From Chthoniobacteraceae bacterium (GTDB taxonomy: Bacteria > Verrucomicrobiota > Verrucomicrobiia > Chthoniobacterales > Chthoniobacteraceae): DNA of 64,000 nt. This document shows, in pieces, positions 1 through 9,690 of the stretch. Location of the stretch: positions 1 to 64,000 of the forward strand of contig JBBCKI010000063.1 of assembly GCA_037190965.1 (NCBI GenBank), written 5' to 3'. The position numbers and the translations under genes were made by a program. How positions within the stretch are numbered: position 1 is the first letter of the stretch; each line of letters begins with the position of its first letter. The notes beneath the pieces were generated by a model. That model had not been told where the DNA came from and searched no databases. It saw only the letters and a program-made list of their open reading frames with translations.

Positions 1-20
1 GCGGACTACCCTCGTTTGCG

Positions 21-647
21 TTACTGCCGAACGTGAAGAATCGACTGCATGATGGCGTAGATCGCCAGCAGAAGAACTCCCAGATAGACCTCCCCCAGGG
101 CCGCATGCCAATGCGCGACCTTCTGCCGGGCTTCCGGCCAGGGCCGAAAGCGAGGAATGAGACGGGGGACGGCATCGCAATAAGCGCGGTACTCGTTTCC
201 GAAGGTGTCGCGCAAAAACCGCTCTTCAGCCGGGATGATCAGGAGATAGAGAAACGCAAAGACGAGCAAGCAAAGCGGGAATAACCAGGGATCGCCGAGC
301 AACCCCACCATCCCCAGCCCGAGGATGATACTCCCGAGATAAATCGGGTTTCGCACGAAGGCATAAGGCCCGCCGGTGGAGAGGCACGGCGCTTCGATGG
401 CTCCCGTCCGGGTGTGATCGCCCGCATGAGCGGCCGCCCAGGCCCGCAATCCAAGGCCCGCGATCACCACGCTTGCGAAGACCATCGCCTCCAACACCGC
501 ATGCACACCAAGAAGACTCCCCGGCTGGATCAGCCACGCTCCGATTCCGACCCCGAGCAGTCCCAAAAGGAGCCTGAACGAAAACACCCAGCGACCTGCG
601 CGAATGCACAGGGGGAGTTTATTGTCGGACGAGTTCTTTATCTCCAC
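21..647 (-). CDS. Isoprenylcysteine carboxylmethyltransferase / PEMT-family membrane methyltransferase
   Basis: Hydrophobic ORF with the family motifs GPYAFVRNPIYLG and EERFL..FG.EY..Y...VPR; start codon uncertain. Confidence 0.85.
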   Translation of the reverse strand: MEIKNSSDNKLPLCIRAGRWVFSFRLLLGLLGVGIGAWLIQPGSLLGVHAVLEAMVFASVVIAGLGLRAWAAAHAGDHTRTGAIEAPCLSTGGPYAFVRNPIYLGSIILGLGMVGLLGDPWLFPLCLLVFAFLYLLIIPAEERFLRDTFGNEYRAYCDAVPRLIPRFRPWPEARQKVAHWHAALGEVYLGVLLLAIYAIMQSILHVRQ

Positions 648-788
648 AGCCGCCTCCTTTCATCCTGGCTCCCGCGCGTCGCTTTTGAACAGAAGCCGAT
701 GGCAAAGAATCGGCTTCCAAGGGCTTTTTAGGTTGAATTATCCGCTTCCGGGCCAATACGTTCGTTCGTTTCCAACCTGCTCCACCCT

Positions 789-1913
789 TTGTCTTCTTCC
801 AGTTCCTTCGATGCCCCGGATCCAGAGAGTGGAACTACGCAACAAGGCTCTCCTCCGCCCCGTTCCCGACGGTTCCGAAAGGTTACACAGCTTGGGGGAA
901 TTATTTACGTCGCCGGGATCTTTCTGCTTTTCGCGCTGTTTCGTGGATACGGCGAACGGCTGTGGCTTTTAAGCCCCCTCCTGTTCATGCCCGTGCAACT
1001 TTGGCTGACGCCATTGGCGTTGCTAATTCCCGCGGCATGGGAGTTCGAACGGCGGTTGCTTCCTTTGTTTGGGGCTGTCCTGCTGATCATGATTTTTGGA
1101 ATCGCCGGGTTCCGTTTTGGCACAGGCGCTCGTCCTGCCGCCCCGGGCGCTCGTGTCCTTTCGGTGTTAACCTATAATACCGGCGAGGATAACGACACCA
1201 GCGTCACACCCTTCCTCAGGGAACAAGCGCCGGATCTCGTCCTGCTTCAGGCCGCAAAAATCCGGAAGGATTTTTACCACTTGCGATACCCGGGATGCCA
1301 TGTCAACGAAACGGGCGAGTTCATCCTGATCAGCCGCTTCCCCATCGTGAGCGGGGAACTGATCAACATCGGAAAGTCGCCATGGCGCAGCCCCCTTGCG
1401 GCGAAGTATGTCATCGACTGGCAGGGGCAGCCGATCACGGTCTATTCCGTTCACGTTCCCACCTTGCGGCGGGACTTCAACCAACTGCGCGGGCTCAAAC
1501 CGGCCCTCCCGTCGCGGCGCGCGCGCGTGGAACGGTTCCGGGAAGAAATGGGAACGCGTGTCGCGCTCAATGAAGATTTCGCCCGCCTGGTCGGTTCCGA
1601 GCCGGGAGCCGTGATCGTGGCGGGCGATTTCAACATGCCCTCCTGGGGATATCTCCACTCGCTGTTTTCCTCGCGGTTGACCGATGCCTTCGACGCCACC
1701 GGGCGCGGCTTCGGTTTCACTTTTCCGGGGTTCGACCCATACCTGCCCACGTTTCTTGGCACATGGCTCCGGCTGGATTATCTTTTCTGCAATGCCGCAT
1801 GGGAACCGCTCTCCTGCACGGTTGAAGAAAAGCGAGCCTCACAACACCGGGCCGTGGCGGCAAAATTCGAACTCCGGGAGAGCCGAAGAGCGCCCTCGGA
1901 AGAACAGCGATGA
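789..1913 (+). CDS. Membrane-anchored endonuclease/exonuclease/phosphatase (EEP) family protein
   Basis: N-terminal TM segments, then VLTYN, AGDFN, RLDYLF and SQHR motifs; start uncertain. Confidence 0.8.
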   Translation: MSSSSSFDAPDPESGTTQQGSPPPRSRRFRKVTQLGGIIYVAGIFLLFALFRGYGERLWLLSPLLFMPVQLWLTPLALLIPAAWEFERRLLPLFGAVLLIMIFGIAGFRFGTGARPAAPGARVLSVLTYNTGEDNDTSVTPFLREQAPDLVLLQAAKIRKDFYHLRYPGCHVNETGEFILISRFPIVSGELINIGKSPWRSPLAAKYVIDWQGQPITVYSVHVPTLRRDFNQLRGLKPALPSRRARVERFREEMGTRVALNEDFARLVGSEPGAVIVAGDFNMPSWGYLHSLFSSRLTDAFDATGRGFGFTFPGFDPYLPTFLGTWLRLDYLFCNAAWEPLSCTVEEKRASQHRAVAAKFELRESRRAPSEEQR

Positions 1914-3115
1914 TCAACCAACCCTCTCCGAAAGCCCGCTTCCAAGCTCGACTGACCGAAAGCCTCGAAAGCGGCGCTTTTGTAAAGCTGACGCTCGGCC
2001 ATCCATCGGATCCCGCCAGCCCGCTCCGTAAACTCCTCGTGCGCCCGGTGCTGATCCGTGGAGAAAAACGGTGCAGCGTCGTAAGCCGTTTCGTCACGCG
2101 CGACGAAACCAAAAACCACCCCTTTGCCGACACCCTCGCGCTGGTGGAGTCCCGGCTGGGGAACGAATTCCTGAGCGCCGCGCTCTTTACCGAAACGGAG
2201 GAACTCCATCTTGAGCTGGGGAAAAAAGCGCGGCTGCGCATCGTCCCTGCGGAGCATCGCCCGGCGACGCTGGGGCACGACCGCCTCAAAGCGCGGAAGA
2301 CCGACGCGCGCGCCCCGTATCTCCACGCGCTCGGCGTGACCGATGCCCTCGGCAAAGTGCGCGAGCGAATGGGCGACAAGTTCCGCCAGATCGAACGCTT
2401 CGTGGATCTTCTCGATTCCGCCTTTCGCGATAGCGAACTGGCGGCCAGGCCACGGGGGGATGCCCCGATCACTCTCTGCGACATGGGCGCGGGCAAGGGG
2501 TATCTCACCTTTGCCGCCTGCGACTATCTCCAGCGCATCGCGAAAGTCCCGGCATCGGTGACGGGGGTGGAATTGCGCGACGATCTTGTCGCCCTCTGCA
2601 ACCGGGCGGCGGCGGAATGCGGCTTCGACGGGCTCCGCTTCGTCAAGAGCGCCATCGGCGAGTTTCCCCTCCCCTCCATCAACATTCTTGTGGCGCTGCA
2701 CGCCTGCAATACCGCCACCGATGACGCGCTGGTAGCAGGGGTGCACGCGGGCGCGGAGATCATCCTCGCCGCCCCGTGCTGCCACAAGGAAGCCCGGCCC
2801 CAGATCGACGCCTCCGCTTCGCCCGGCAACACGCCGTTGCATGATGTGCTCCGGCACGGTATTTTTGCCGAACGTCACGCCGAGATGGCCACCGACGCGC
2901 TACGTGCCCTGCTCCTGGAAAAAGCAGGCTACCGGGTGCGTGTCAGCGAGTTCGTCGCGGCGGAGCACACCGCCAAGAACGTGATGTTGATCGCCACGCG
3001 CAAGCACGCCCCGCTTTCAGCCGATGCGTCGCGCGCTCTCTCCGAACGCATCGCAGCCTTAAAAACATTTTATGGAATCCGGCATCACCGCCTTGAAGAG
3101 CTTCTCGTGGATTGA
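1910..3115 (+). CDS. SAM-dependent methyltransferase (Methyltransf_32-like)
   Basis: KFRQIERF, DMGAGKGYLTF, ALHACNTATD, APCCH and EHTAKN motifs; ATGA overlap with the upstream gene. Confidence 0.85.
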   Translation: MINQPSPKARFQARLTESLESGAFVKLTLGHPSDPASPLRKLLVRPVLIRGEKRCSVVSRFVTRDETKNHPFADTLALVESRLGNEFLSAALFTETEELHLELGKKARLRIVPAEHRPATLGHDRLKARKTDARAPYLHALGVTDALGKVRERMGDKFRQIERFVDLLDSAFRDSELAARPRGDAPITLCDMGAGKGYLTFAACDYLQRIAKVPASVTGVELRDDLVALCNRAAAECGFDGLRFVKSAIGEFPLPSINILVALHACNTATDDALVAGVHAGAEIILAAPCCHKEARPQIDASASPGNTPLHDVLRHGIFAERHAEMATDALRALLLEKAGYRVRVSEFVAAEHTAKNVMLIATRKHAPLSADASRALSERIAALKTFYGIRHHRLEELLVD

Positions 3116-4079
3116 CGTTGACTGGAACGCGCTCCGGCGGTTGCGGGAGCGTTTCCTCCAGTTCGACGAAAACCCCGGCGGCGCGGACTACTGGAAGAGC
3201 GACCGCGAACTGGCCAGCTACGACTTCACCTTTGCCGAGCGGATCGGGTGGAAATGGGACGCCGTGCTCGACGAATTGCGCACGCGAGGTTGGACCCCGC
3301 CGGAAGGCACCATGCTCGACTGGGGCTGCGGCACCGGCGTCGCGGGTCGGCGGGTCGTCGCCGAGTGGCGGGAACAATGCAAGAAGCTGAGCGTTCAGGA
3401 TCGATCGCGGGCGGCGGAGCAATTTGCGCTGCGGAAGGCCCGGGAAACATTTCCGGGCCTCACCGTTGAGCGCGCCGATTCCTCCGCCCCGCCCCCTGCC
3501 CTGCTCGTCATCAGCCATGTGCTCAATGAGCTGCCGCCCGGCTCCGAAGCGCTGGAACGACTGCTCACGCTCGCCTCGCAGGCGCAAGCGATCCTTTGGG
3601 TGGAGCCGGGAACTGCCGTCGTCAGCCGTCGGTTGATTGCCGCGCGCGCCCGGCTATTGCCGCATCTGCGCCCCGTCGCGCCGTGCCCGCACATGCTGGA
3701 ATGCGGACTCCTTACGGAAGGCAATGAACGCCACTGGTGCCATCACTTTGCCAAAGCACCCCGCGAAGTTTTCCAGGACGCCGGCTGGGGCCGTTTTGCA
3801 AAACTGCTGGAGATCGATCTCGGGACCGTCCCGTTCAGCTATTTGGTGCTCGACCGGCGTCCCCTCGCCGTCAGCACCGCCACGCGAATCCTCGGCGAGC
3901 CGCGCCATTACAAAGGTTATGCCAAGATCCTCGCCTGCCGGGAGGAAGGCGTGCGGGAGTTGACGCTTCAAAAGCGGGATGGTCCCGAAGCGCTAAAGGC
4001 GATGAAGAAAGACCCGGGCTCGCTTTACGAATGGGAAGTTGAAGGCGACAAGATTCGGAGCGGGGAGCGGATTTATTAG
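3072..4079 (+). CDS. Rsm22-family SAM-dependent methyltransferase
   Basis: LDWGCGTG, SHVLNEL, VEPGT and APCPH...C......WCHH motifs; true start is probably near 3110. Confidence 0.75.
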   Translation: MESGITALKSFSWIDVDWNALRRLRERFLQFDENPGGADYWKSDRELASYDFTFAERIGWKWDAVLDELRTRGWTPPEGTMLDWGCGTGVAGRRVVAEWREQCKKLSVQDRSRAAEQFALRKARETFPGLTVERADSSAPPPALLVISHVLNELPPGSEALERLLTLASQAQAILWVEPGTAVVSRRLIAARARLLPHLRPVAPCPHMLECGLLTEGNERHWCHHFAKAPREVFQDAGWGRFAKLLEIDLGTVPFSYLVLDRRPLAVSTATRILGEPRHYKGYAKILACREEGVRELTLQKRDGPEALKAMKKDPGSLYEWEVEGDKIRSGERIY

Positions 4080-4268
4080 TCTGGGTATTGGTGCTCTTCC
4101 TCAGTTAATTCGAGACGAAGAGGCAGAAGATCCCACCCCCGTGACCGGGGATGGGATCGGGCCGCGTCAGCGGGCTCCCCGGGGCCTCAACGGAACAGAC
4201 GAGCCGCCTTTTCTTCCAGGCGACCGTTCCAGCAATCTACCGACGAAACCGTTCATAAAAATAAACGA

Positions 4269-4491
4269 TTGAAATTATTTTCCTCTCGTCTGCGCGCGCT
4301 GCGCGGGCTTGAGCTATGCCAAATTTGCCGCGAGTCTCGGCATCTCGAAGTCGCTCGCCCATAAGCTGGAAAACTCCGGCGAGGGTGCCACGTTGAATAC
4401 GATCTATCGGATCGCCTGTGCGCTGAACCTTTCCGTGGAGGATCTTCTTGGAGCCGATGAGACCCGCCGCAAGCGAAGCCGTCGCCGCTAA
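4269..4491 (+). pseudogene. XRE-family HTH regulator, apparently frameshifted near the N-terminus
   Basis: LKLFSSRLRALRG (from 4269) is in a different frame from LSYAKFAASLGISKSLAHKLEN...TLNTIYRIACALNLSVEDLL (4309-4491). Confidence 0.55.
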
Positions 4492-4632
4492 TCTCCTCCA
4501 CCCCTCCGGGTTGGGAACGCCGCGTTCCAAATTAAGATACAGAAGGAGCGATTTCCAAGAGCGTCTCCGAAGCACTTTTTGCTATTGGAACCCGGAAACG
4601 GCCTTGCGCTGCGAGCCTTTGATTTGTCGCGA

Positions 4633-6213
4633 TCAACGGCGTAGCAACGCAATAACGGCCTCCCTGTCCAGTGAATCCGGCCTCATCAACGCATCATCGA
4701 GGGGCGTTTTTCCTTTGTCGTCAGCGGCATCGCTCCGGGCACCCCGTGAGAGAAGAAACTCGGCAACCTCCACCGGCCCGCGCCATGCCGCGAAATGCAG
4801 AGCGGTGGAGCCGCGCTCACATCGCTGGTGAAGATCGGCCCCTGCGTCAAGAAGCAGCTTCATCACCGCGATCCGGCCATCGGATTGGGCAGGGCTTTGC
4901 GCGGCGAACCAAAGCGGTGTGTTCCCCTTTTCGTTGACTTGGTTCGGATCGGCTCCGTGCTGCAAAAGCACTACCGCCGCCTCCGGTCGTCCGCTCCGCG
5001 CCGCCGCATGAAGAGCGTCACGGTGCAATGGCGTACCTTCTCGCAACAACGCATCCAAATACGCCGCGTCTCCCAACCGCACGGCAACAAGGAGATCCAT
5101 CTCCGCCCCCGCCGCGAGAAGCAGCTCCTTGATTCGGTGCACGTCCGGATCACCGACCAGGCGCGACTCGTAGGCATCGAGAAGATCGAGCGGCGTCTCG
5201 CCCAGCGGATTACGGAATACCGCGTCCGCACCGGCTTGCAGGAGGCATTCGACGATTTCCGGTAATACTTGGTACACGGCAAGATGAAGCGGAAGCCGTG
5301 GAGCGGAACAACGGTTGGGATCGAGTCCACGATCCAATAACAAGCGAGTCATGGGCAGGCTCTTCGCTTGATAAATTGCAATCGGCCACAGATCGACATC
5401 GAGCAGCGAAGGTTCAGCGTCAAGCAACCGGCTTGCGACCGCCAAATCTTCTCCCCGAATGGCATTCTTAAGCTGGCTTTTGAAATCGGCCGTGCGCAGC
5501 AACTCCAACTCATGTTTCTTTTCCACGCTGAGTCCGCGCAGAGCATATTCGAGCGGTGTCACCTCTCCGATCCTCTCTCCCAATCGTCGGAATGAGACGC
5601 GAGTGCTCATGTCGATCCATGGTGCGGTTCGCTCCAACAAAAATCCAAGCAAGCCATGCTCGCTGGCCTTCGGATTGGCGATGGCATGGAAAATCGGTGT
5701 CTGGCCGCCGATTCCGTCAATAACCCGAGCCCGCGCGTTAATGTCGGCGCCCCGGTTGAGCAACAGTTCAACGCATGCTCTTTCCCCGAACTCCACCGCG
5801 ATATGCAGAAGCGTTGCCCCGCGCAGATCGATAGCAGCACCGGCCTCTTGAAGATCGTTCGTCGCGTCGAACGCCTCGCAAAGCCATGCCGGATTTTCAT
5901 CCAAAATGGAGGCAAGCCCTTGAACATCGCTGTGAAGGATTGCCGAGAGAGCCTCATCTCTCCCTACCCCGGAGAGCGGGTCTGTTGCACGGCACGACAT
6001 CGCTTTGACCCTCCTGGCCAACTCCGCCCAATTTTTACAGCCATAGTCCTGCGCAAGCTGATGTTGCGCCTCCGCAAGTTTCAGCGAAGGAGTTTGCCTG
6101 AGCCGACGCCTGGCTTGCTTGCGCAGATATTCGAGGCTTGGGTTGATCGGCAGTTTCAACCGTGGCGTTGACTTGTCGGAACCCTTGCTCCGGCCTTCTT
6201 CGGAATTGTTCAT
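4633..6213 (-). CDS. Ankyrin-repeat protein with an N-terminal LP.NPSLEYLRKQA...AQ..LA..YG...W helical domain
   Basis: Multiple ankyrin repeats (GATLLHIA, GQTPIFHA, GNTPLWFA, GSTALHFA, GKTPLDDA). Confidence 0.9.
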   Translation of the reverse strand: MNNSEEGRSKGSDKSTPRLKLPINPSLEYLRKQARRRLRQTPSLKLAEAQHQLAQDYGCKNWAELARRVKAMSCRATDPLSGVGRDEALSAILHSDVQGLASILDENPAWLCEAFDATNDLQEAGAAIDLRGATLLHIAVEFGERACVELLLNRGADINARARVIDGIGGQTPIFHAIANPKASEHGLLGFLLERTAPWIDMSTRVSFRRLGERIGEVTPLEYALRGLSVEKKHELELLRTADFKSQLKNAIRGEDLAVASRLLDAEPSLLDVDLWPIAIYQAKSLPMTRLLLDRGLDPNRCSAPRLPLHLAVYQVLPEIVECLLQAGADAVFRNPLGETPLDLLDAYESRLVGDPDVHRIKELLLAAGAEMDLLVAVRLGDAAYLDALLREGTPLHRDALHAAARSGRPEAAVVLLQHGADPNQVNEKGNTPLWFAAQSPAQSDGRIAVMKLLLDAGADLHQRCERGSTALHFAAWRGPVEVAEFLLSRGARSDAADDKGKTPLDDALMRPDSLDREAVIALLRR

Positions 6214-6214
6214 G

Positions 6215-6315
6215 GAGAACCCTTTCTTTTGCGCCCGCGGTCCGCAGTGACGGGCAAGAAACGGTTCGATATGAATTCGTCGACCAAGTGGGTTAAACCC
6301 TTTCCGCGGACCCGG
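6215..6315 (-). ncRNA. Putative pseudoknotted cis-regulatory leader RNA of the ankyrin gene
   Basis: Stem 6223-6237/6251-6261; loop 6239-6247 pairs with 6304-6312; small hairpin 6290-6300; the 3' arm overlaps the SD-like region. Confidence 0.5.
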
Positions 6316-6422
6316 ATGCTCCTTGAAAGCGAGGCGATTTCTCCATTGTTACGCCCTTCGAGTCAAGCCTAATCACCGGCTTATCGCGCGCGATAACGTA
6401 GTACGGACCTCCAAACATCGCG

Positions 6423-7514
6423 CTACGCGTTCACCGGTTCCGGCTCAGCCCTGTCCGCCATTCCCAAGTCCTTGGCCGCGTCCCCTTTTCTTCGACGTTT
6501 CTCCTTGTACATCCTCTGGTCTGCCGCTTCCAGGAGCTCCTCGATGTCGGAGCCATCCTCCGGAAATACAGCGAACCCCAGGGAGGCATTCAAGGTCAGA
6601 GAACGCGGCCCGAACTGAAACGGAGCGGTAATATTCCGGGCAAAACTGCTCGCGAGAATATTCGCGGAATCCCGGCTCTCGGTGTGAGAGCGGATGATGC
6701 TGAATTCGTCTCCCCCCATGCGCGCGACCGTGTCGGTCTGGGTTGAAGAGGCGAGCAAGCGCGATGCGAATTCCTTGATGGCGGCATCGCCCGCGCGATG
6801 CCCAAAGCAATCATTGATCTGCTTCAGGCCATCCATGTCAAAACTGAGCACGGCAAACGACTCTTGACCGCGCCGCGCCTGTTCGAGCCGCTGCCGGAAC
6901 CGATCGTAAAAGTATGCCCTATTGGAGAGCCCCGTGAGGCCATCGTGAGTGGCGCGGTGGAATAGCTCGGTCGACTCATACTTTGCCGCGAAGAACATCG
7001 CCGCGGCGATCGGCGCCGCCAGGAGTTCGAGAGTTTTCATATCCATCTCGTTGAAGGCGTTGGGATTCGGCGCGAGCACCTTGAGAACCCCGACGGGAGT
7101 ATCGTTGTGCTTCAGCGGTTCGACGATCATCGACCGCAGGCCGACACGCCGGCAGGCCTGGCGGTCCACCCGGGGGTCCACTTCAGAGTCATCGCAGCGG
7201 AGGGGCCGCCCTTCCTCAATGCAACGCCCCGAAAGACTTCCCTGGCGCTTGAGACGCAGGCCAAGCAAAGACGCCGCAACCCCGGCTGTCGCGCGATACA
7301 CCATTTCATCCCCATCCACCAACTCGACGACCGCACCGCTGGCACGGGTCAGTTGCTGTGCGTGCTGGGCAACAAGCGCCATCACACCCCCAAGATCAAG
7401 CCCCTGCTTGGCGATATCGGTTTGAATTCTGATCACTTCCAACAGGCGAACGGGATCAAAAACCGGCGGAGGATCGTAATGTTCTTTCATGAGGTGGCCT
7501 ATGGATAGCGACAT
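6423..7514 (-). CDS. GAF-GGDEF diguanylate cyclase
   Basis: GAF domain, then HDGLTGLSNR, DMDGLKQIND.FGH..GD and ARMGGDEF. Confidence 0.92.
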   Translation of the reverse strand: MSLSIGHLMKEHYDPPPVFDPVRLLEVIRIQTDIAKQGLDLGGVMALVAQHAQQLTRASGAVVELVDGDEMVYRATAGVAASLLGLRLKRQGSLSGRCIEEGRPLRCDDSEVDPRVDRQACRRVGLRSMIVEPLKHNDTPVGVLKVLAPNPNAFNEMDMKTLELLAAPIAAAMFFAAKYESTELFHRATHDGLTGLSNRAYFYDRFRQRLEQARRGQESFAVLSFDMDGLKQINDCFGHRAGDAAIKEFASRLLASSTQTDTVARMGGDEFSIIRSHTESRDSANILASSFARNITAPFQFGPRSLTLNASLGFAVFPEDGSDIEELLEAADQRMYKEKRRRKGDAAKDLGMADRAEPEPVNA

Positions 7515-7592
7515 TCGTGGCGGTTCTGAATGAAAAAGATGAAGCCCCCGAAAATGAGGAACGACTTCGCCACCAAGAAGAAAACAATCCAG

Positions 7593-8720
7593 CTATCGCT
7601 CCAACGCAGCCCAGATCGCCTCCGCCGCCCGTTCGCTCGCGCCGCCCTGCCCAAGACCTGCGATGACGTTGCGCAGATCGGCAACCTGCGTTGCGCGCTT
7701 CTCCGGCTCGCTCAGAAGACTCAGAACTTCTTTCGCAACCGATACCGGCTCCGCCGCGCTTTGAAGAAACTCGGGAACGATGGCGCGCCCGGCAAGGATG
7801 TTGACCATCCCCAGGAATGGCACGCGGACGAGCCGTTTGCCGACTTCCCAGGTTAGAGGCGCGACACGATAGAGAATCGCGAACGGCATTTCGAAATAGG
7901 CTGACTCCACGGTCGCGGTGCCGGAAGCAACCATTCCGACGATGGCACGCTGCATCAGTTCGTGCGAACCGCCGACACGCACCACGATCTCCACGCCAGC
8001 CTCGGCGGCGACCGTACGCATGATCTCCGCCAGTGGCTCGGAGGCGGCTGCGGCTTCGAATCGGAGCGTGGGCTGGGACTCCTTCATGACTCGCGCCGCA
8101 GCGGCCATGACGGGGAAAATCTTCGTCACCTCGCGGGAGCGGCTTCCCGGAAAGAGGCCGACGGTTCCCTCTTCCCGAGGGAATGCGGCGGGATTCTTCT
8201 TTGCCGCCAGCGTGTCGAGCATCGGATGACCGACAAACACGGTGGGCAGGCCTGATTTTTCGTAGAGCGCTTTCTCGAACGGAAAGATGCAGAGCATCAG
8301 GTCGAGCGTGCGCGCCATCTGCGGAATGCGCCGCCGGTTCCAGGCCCAGACCTGCGGGCTGATGTAGTAAATGAGCCGGGGCGTCTTTCCCCGCTTGCGG
8401 AGCGCCTTGGCCATGCGGAGGTTGAAACCCGGGTAGTCGATAAAGATGACTGCATCGGGCTTGCGCTCCGCGATTTCACGAAGCATGGAATCAAACTGCC
8501 GCTTGAAGTAGCCGTACTTTTTGAGCACGTCCCAAAGACCGACCACGGCCTCACCGCTCCAATCCTGAATGACAGGAGCAAGCGCCTGCATTTGCGGGCC
8601 GCCTGCACCGTAAAACTCCACGGTTCGCCCGCACGACGCCGCCTGCGCGAGAAGGCTTTTCATTACCTCCGCGCCACGCGCGTCACCGCTGGCTTCCCCG
8701 GCTATCAGGTAGAGCTTCAC
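7593..8720 (-). CDS. lpxB: Lipid-A-disaccharide synthase
   Basis: IAGEASGD, IDYPGFN, SPQVWAW, FVGHP, LFPGSR and SGTAT motifs. Confidence 0.96.
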   Translation of the reverse strand: MKLYLIAGEASGDARGAEVMKSLLAQAASCGRTVEFYGAGGPQMQALAPVIQDWSGEAVVGLWDVLKKYGYFKRQFDSMLREIAERKPDAVIFIDYPGFNLRMAKALRKRGKTPRLIYYISPQVWAWNRRRIPQMARTLDLMLCIFPFEKALYEKSGLPTVFVGHPMLDTLAAKKNPAAFPREEGTVGLFPGSRSREVTKIFPVMAAAARVMKESQPTLRFEAAAASEPLAEIMRTVAAEAGVEIVVRVGGSHELMQRAIVGMVASGTATVESAYFEMPFAILYRVAPLTWEVGKRLVRVPFLGMVNILAGRAIVPEFLQSAAEPVSVAKEVLSLLSEPEKRATQVADLRNVIAGLGQGGASERAAEAIWAALER

Positions 8721-9661
8721 GCGGGAGGCAAAACCGCCCCGGGGGCGCTGTTTTCAATCTGCCGGGTGATCTCGATCGCCAATTCCAGCGCGGCGGCGGC
8801 GGCATATCCCGAGACTTTCGGCGCGGTTCCTTCCCGGGCGCACTGCACAAAAGCGGCAAGTTCGCGCTTCAACGGTTCGTCCTTTTCGATCTCCACGGTT
8901 TCCCGCGCGATCTGCCCGCCCGAAAGCCGGTAGATCTCCCCGGTCTGGCTCTGGTAATCGAGCGAGAGGTAGGCGTCGTTCTGGAAGACGCGGATTTTAC
9001 GCATCTTCTCCGGGCTGATCCGGCTGGCGGTGAGGTTCGCCACGCAGCCGTTTTCAAACCGGATGCGCGCATTGGCGATATCCTCTCCCTTGCTCAGCAC
9101 CGGCACGCCGACGGCGTCGACATATTTTACGGGCGAACGCACGAGATGCAGGACGATTTCGAGATCATGAATCATCAGATCGAGAACGACACCAATCTCG
9201 ATGCTCCGGCCCGGGTAGGGCGAGAGCCGGTGCGCCTCGATGAACTGCGGCCGGGTGAGTCGCTGCTCCAGCGCGCCAAGCACCGGGTTGAAGCGCTCGA
9301 TGTGGCCCACTTGCAAGACGAGTCCGGCGCGTTGCGCGAGGTCGGCAAGCTCCTTGGCATCGCGGGTGTTTTCGGTGATCGGTTTTTCCACCAGGCAGTG
9401 CTTCCCCTGCCCCAGCAAAAATTGGGCAACGGGGAAATGCGTCGGCGTGGGCGTGGCGATGGTGGCCGCGTCGACCAGCGAAGCAAAGTCCTCCAGCGAA
9501 CTAACGGCACGCACGCCAAACCGCGAGGCAATCTCCTCCGCCGTTGCCTGGTTGGTGTCGTAAATGGCTGCGAACTCAACTCCCGGCAATTCGGAGATCA
9601 CGCGTGCGTGGTTTTTTCCGATGGACCCGGTTCCGACGACTCCGACTCTGATGTTCTGCAT
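8717..9661 (-). CDS. Gfo/Idh/MocA oxidoreductase, GnnA-like (UDP-GlcNAc 3-dehydrogenase candidate)
   Basis: GTGSIG, VEKPI, GHIERFNP and LDLMIHD motifs; lies between lpxI and lpxB and overlaps lpxB. Confidence 0.85.
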   Translation of the reverse strand: MQNIRVGVVGTGSIGKNHARVISELPGVEFAAIYDTNQATAEEIASRFGVRAVSSLEDFASLVDAATIATPTPTHFPVAQFLLGQGKHCLVEKPITENTRDAKELADLAQRAGLVLQVGHIERFNPVLGALEQRLTRPQFIEAHRLSPYPGRSIEIGVVLDLMIHDLEIVLHLVRSPVKYVDAVGVPVLSKGEDIANARIRFENGCVANLTASRISPEKMRKIRVFQNDAYLSLDYQSQTGEIYRLSGGQIARETVEIEKDEPLKRELAAFVQCAREGTAPKVSGYAAAAALELAIEITRQIENSAPGAVLPPA

Positions 9662-9690
9662 ATAAAAGATAAAATGGGATCAAGCGACTC

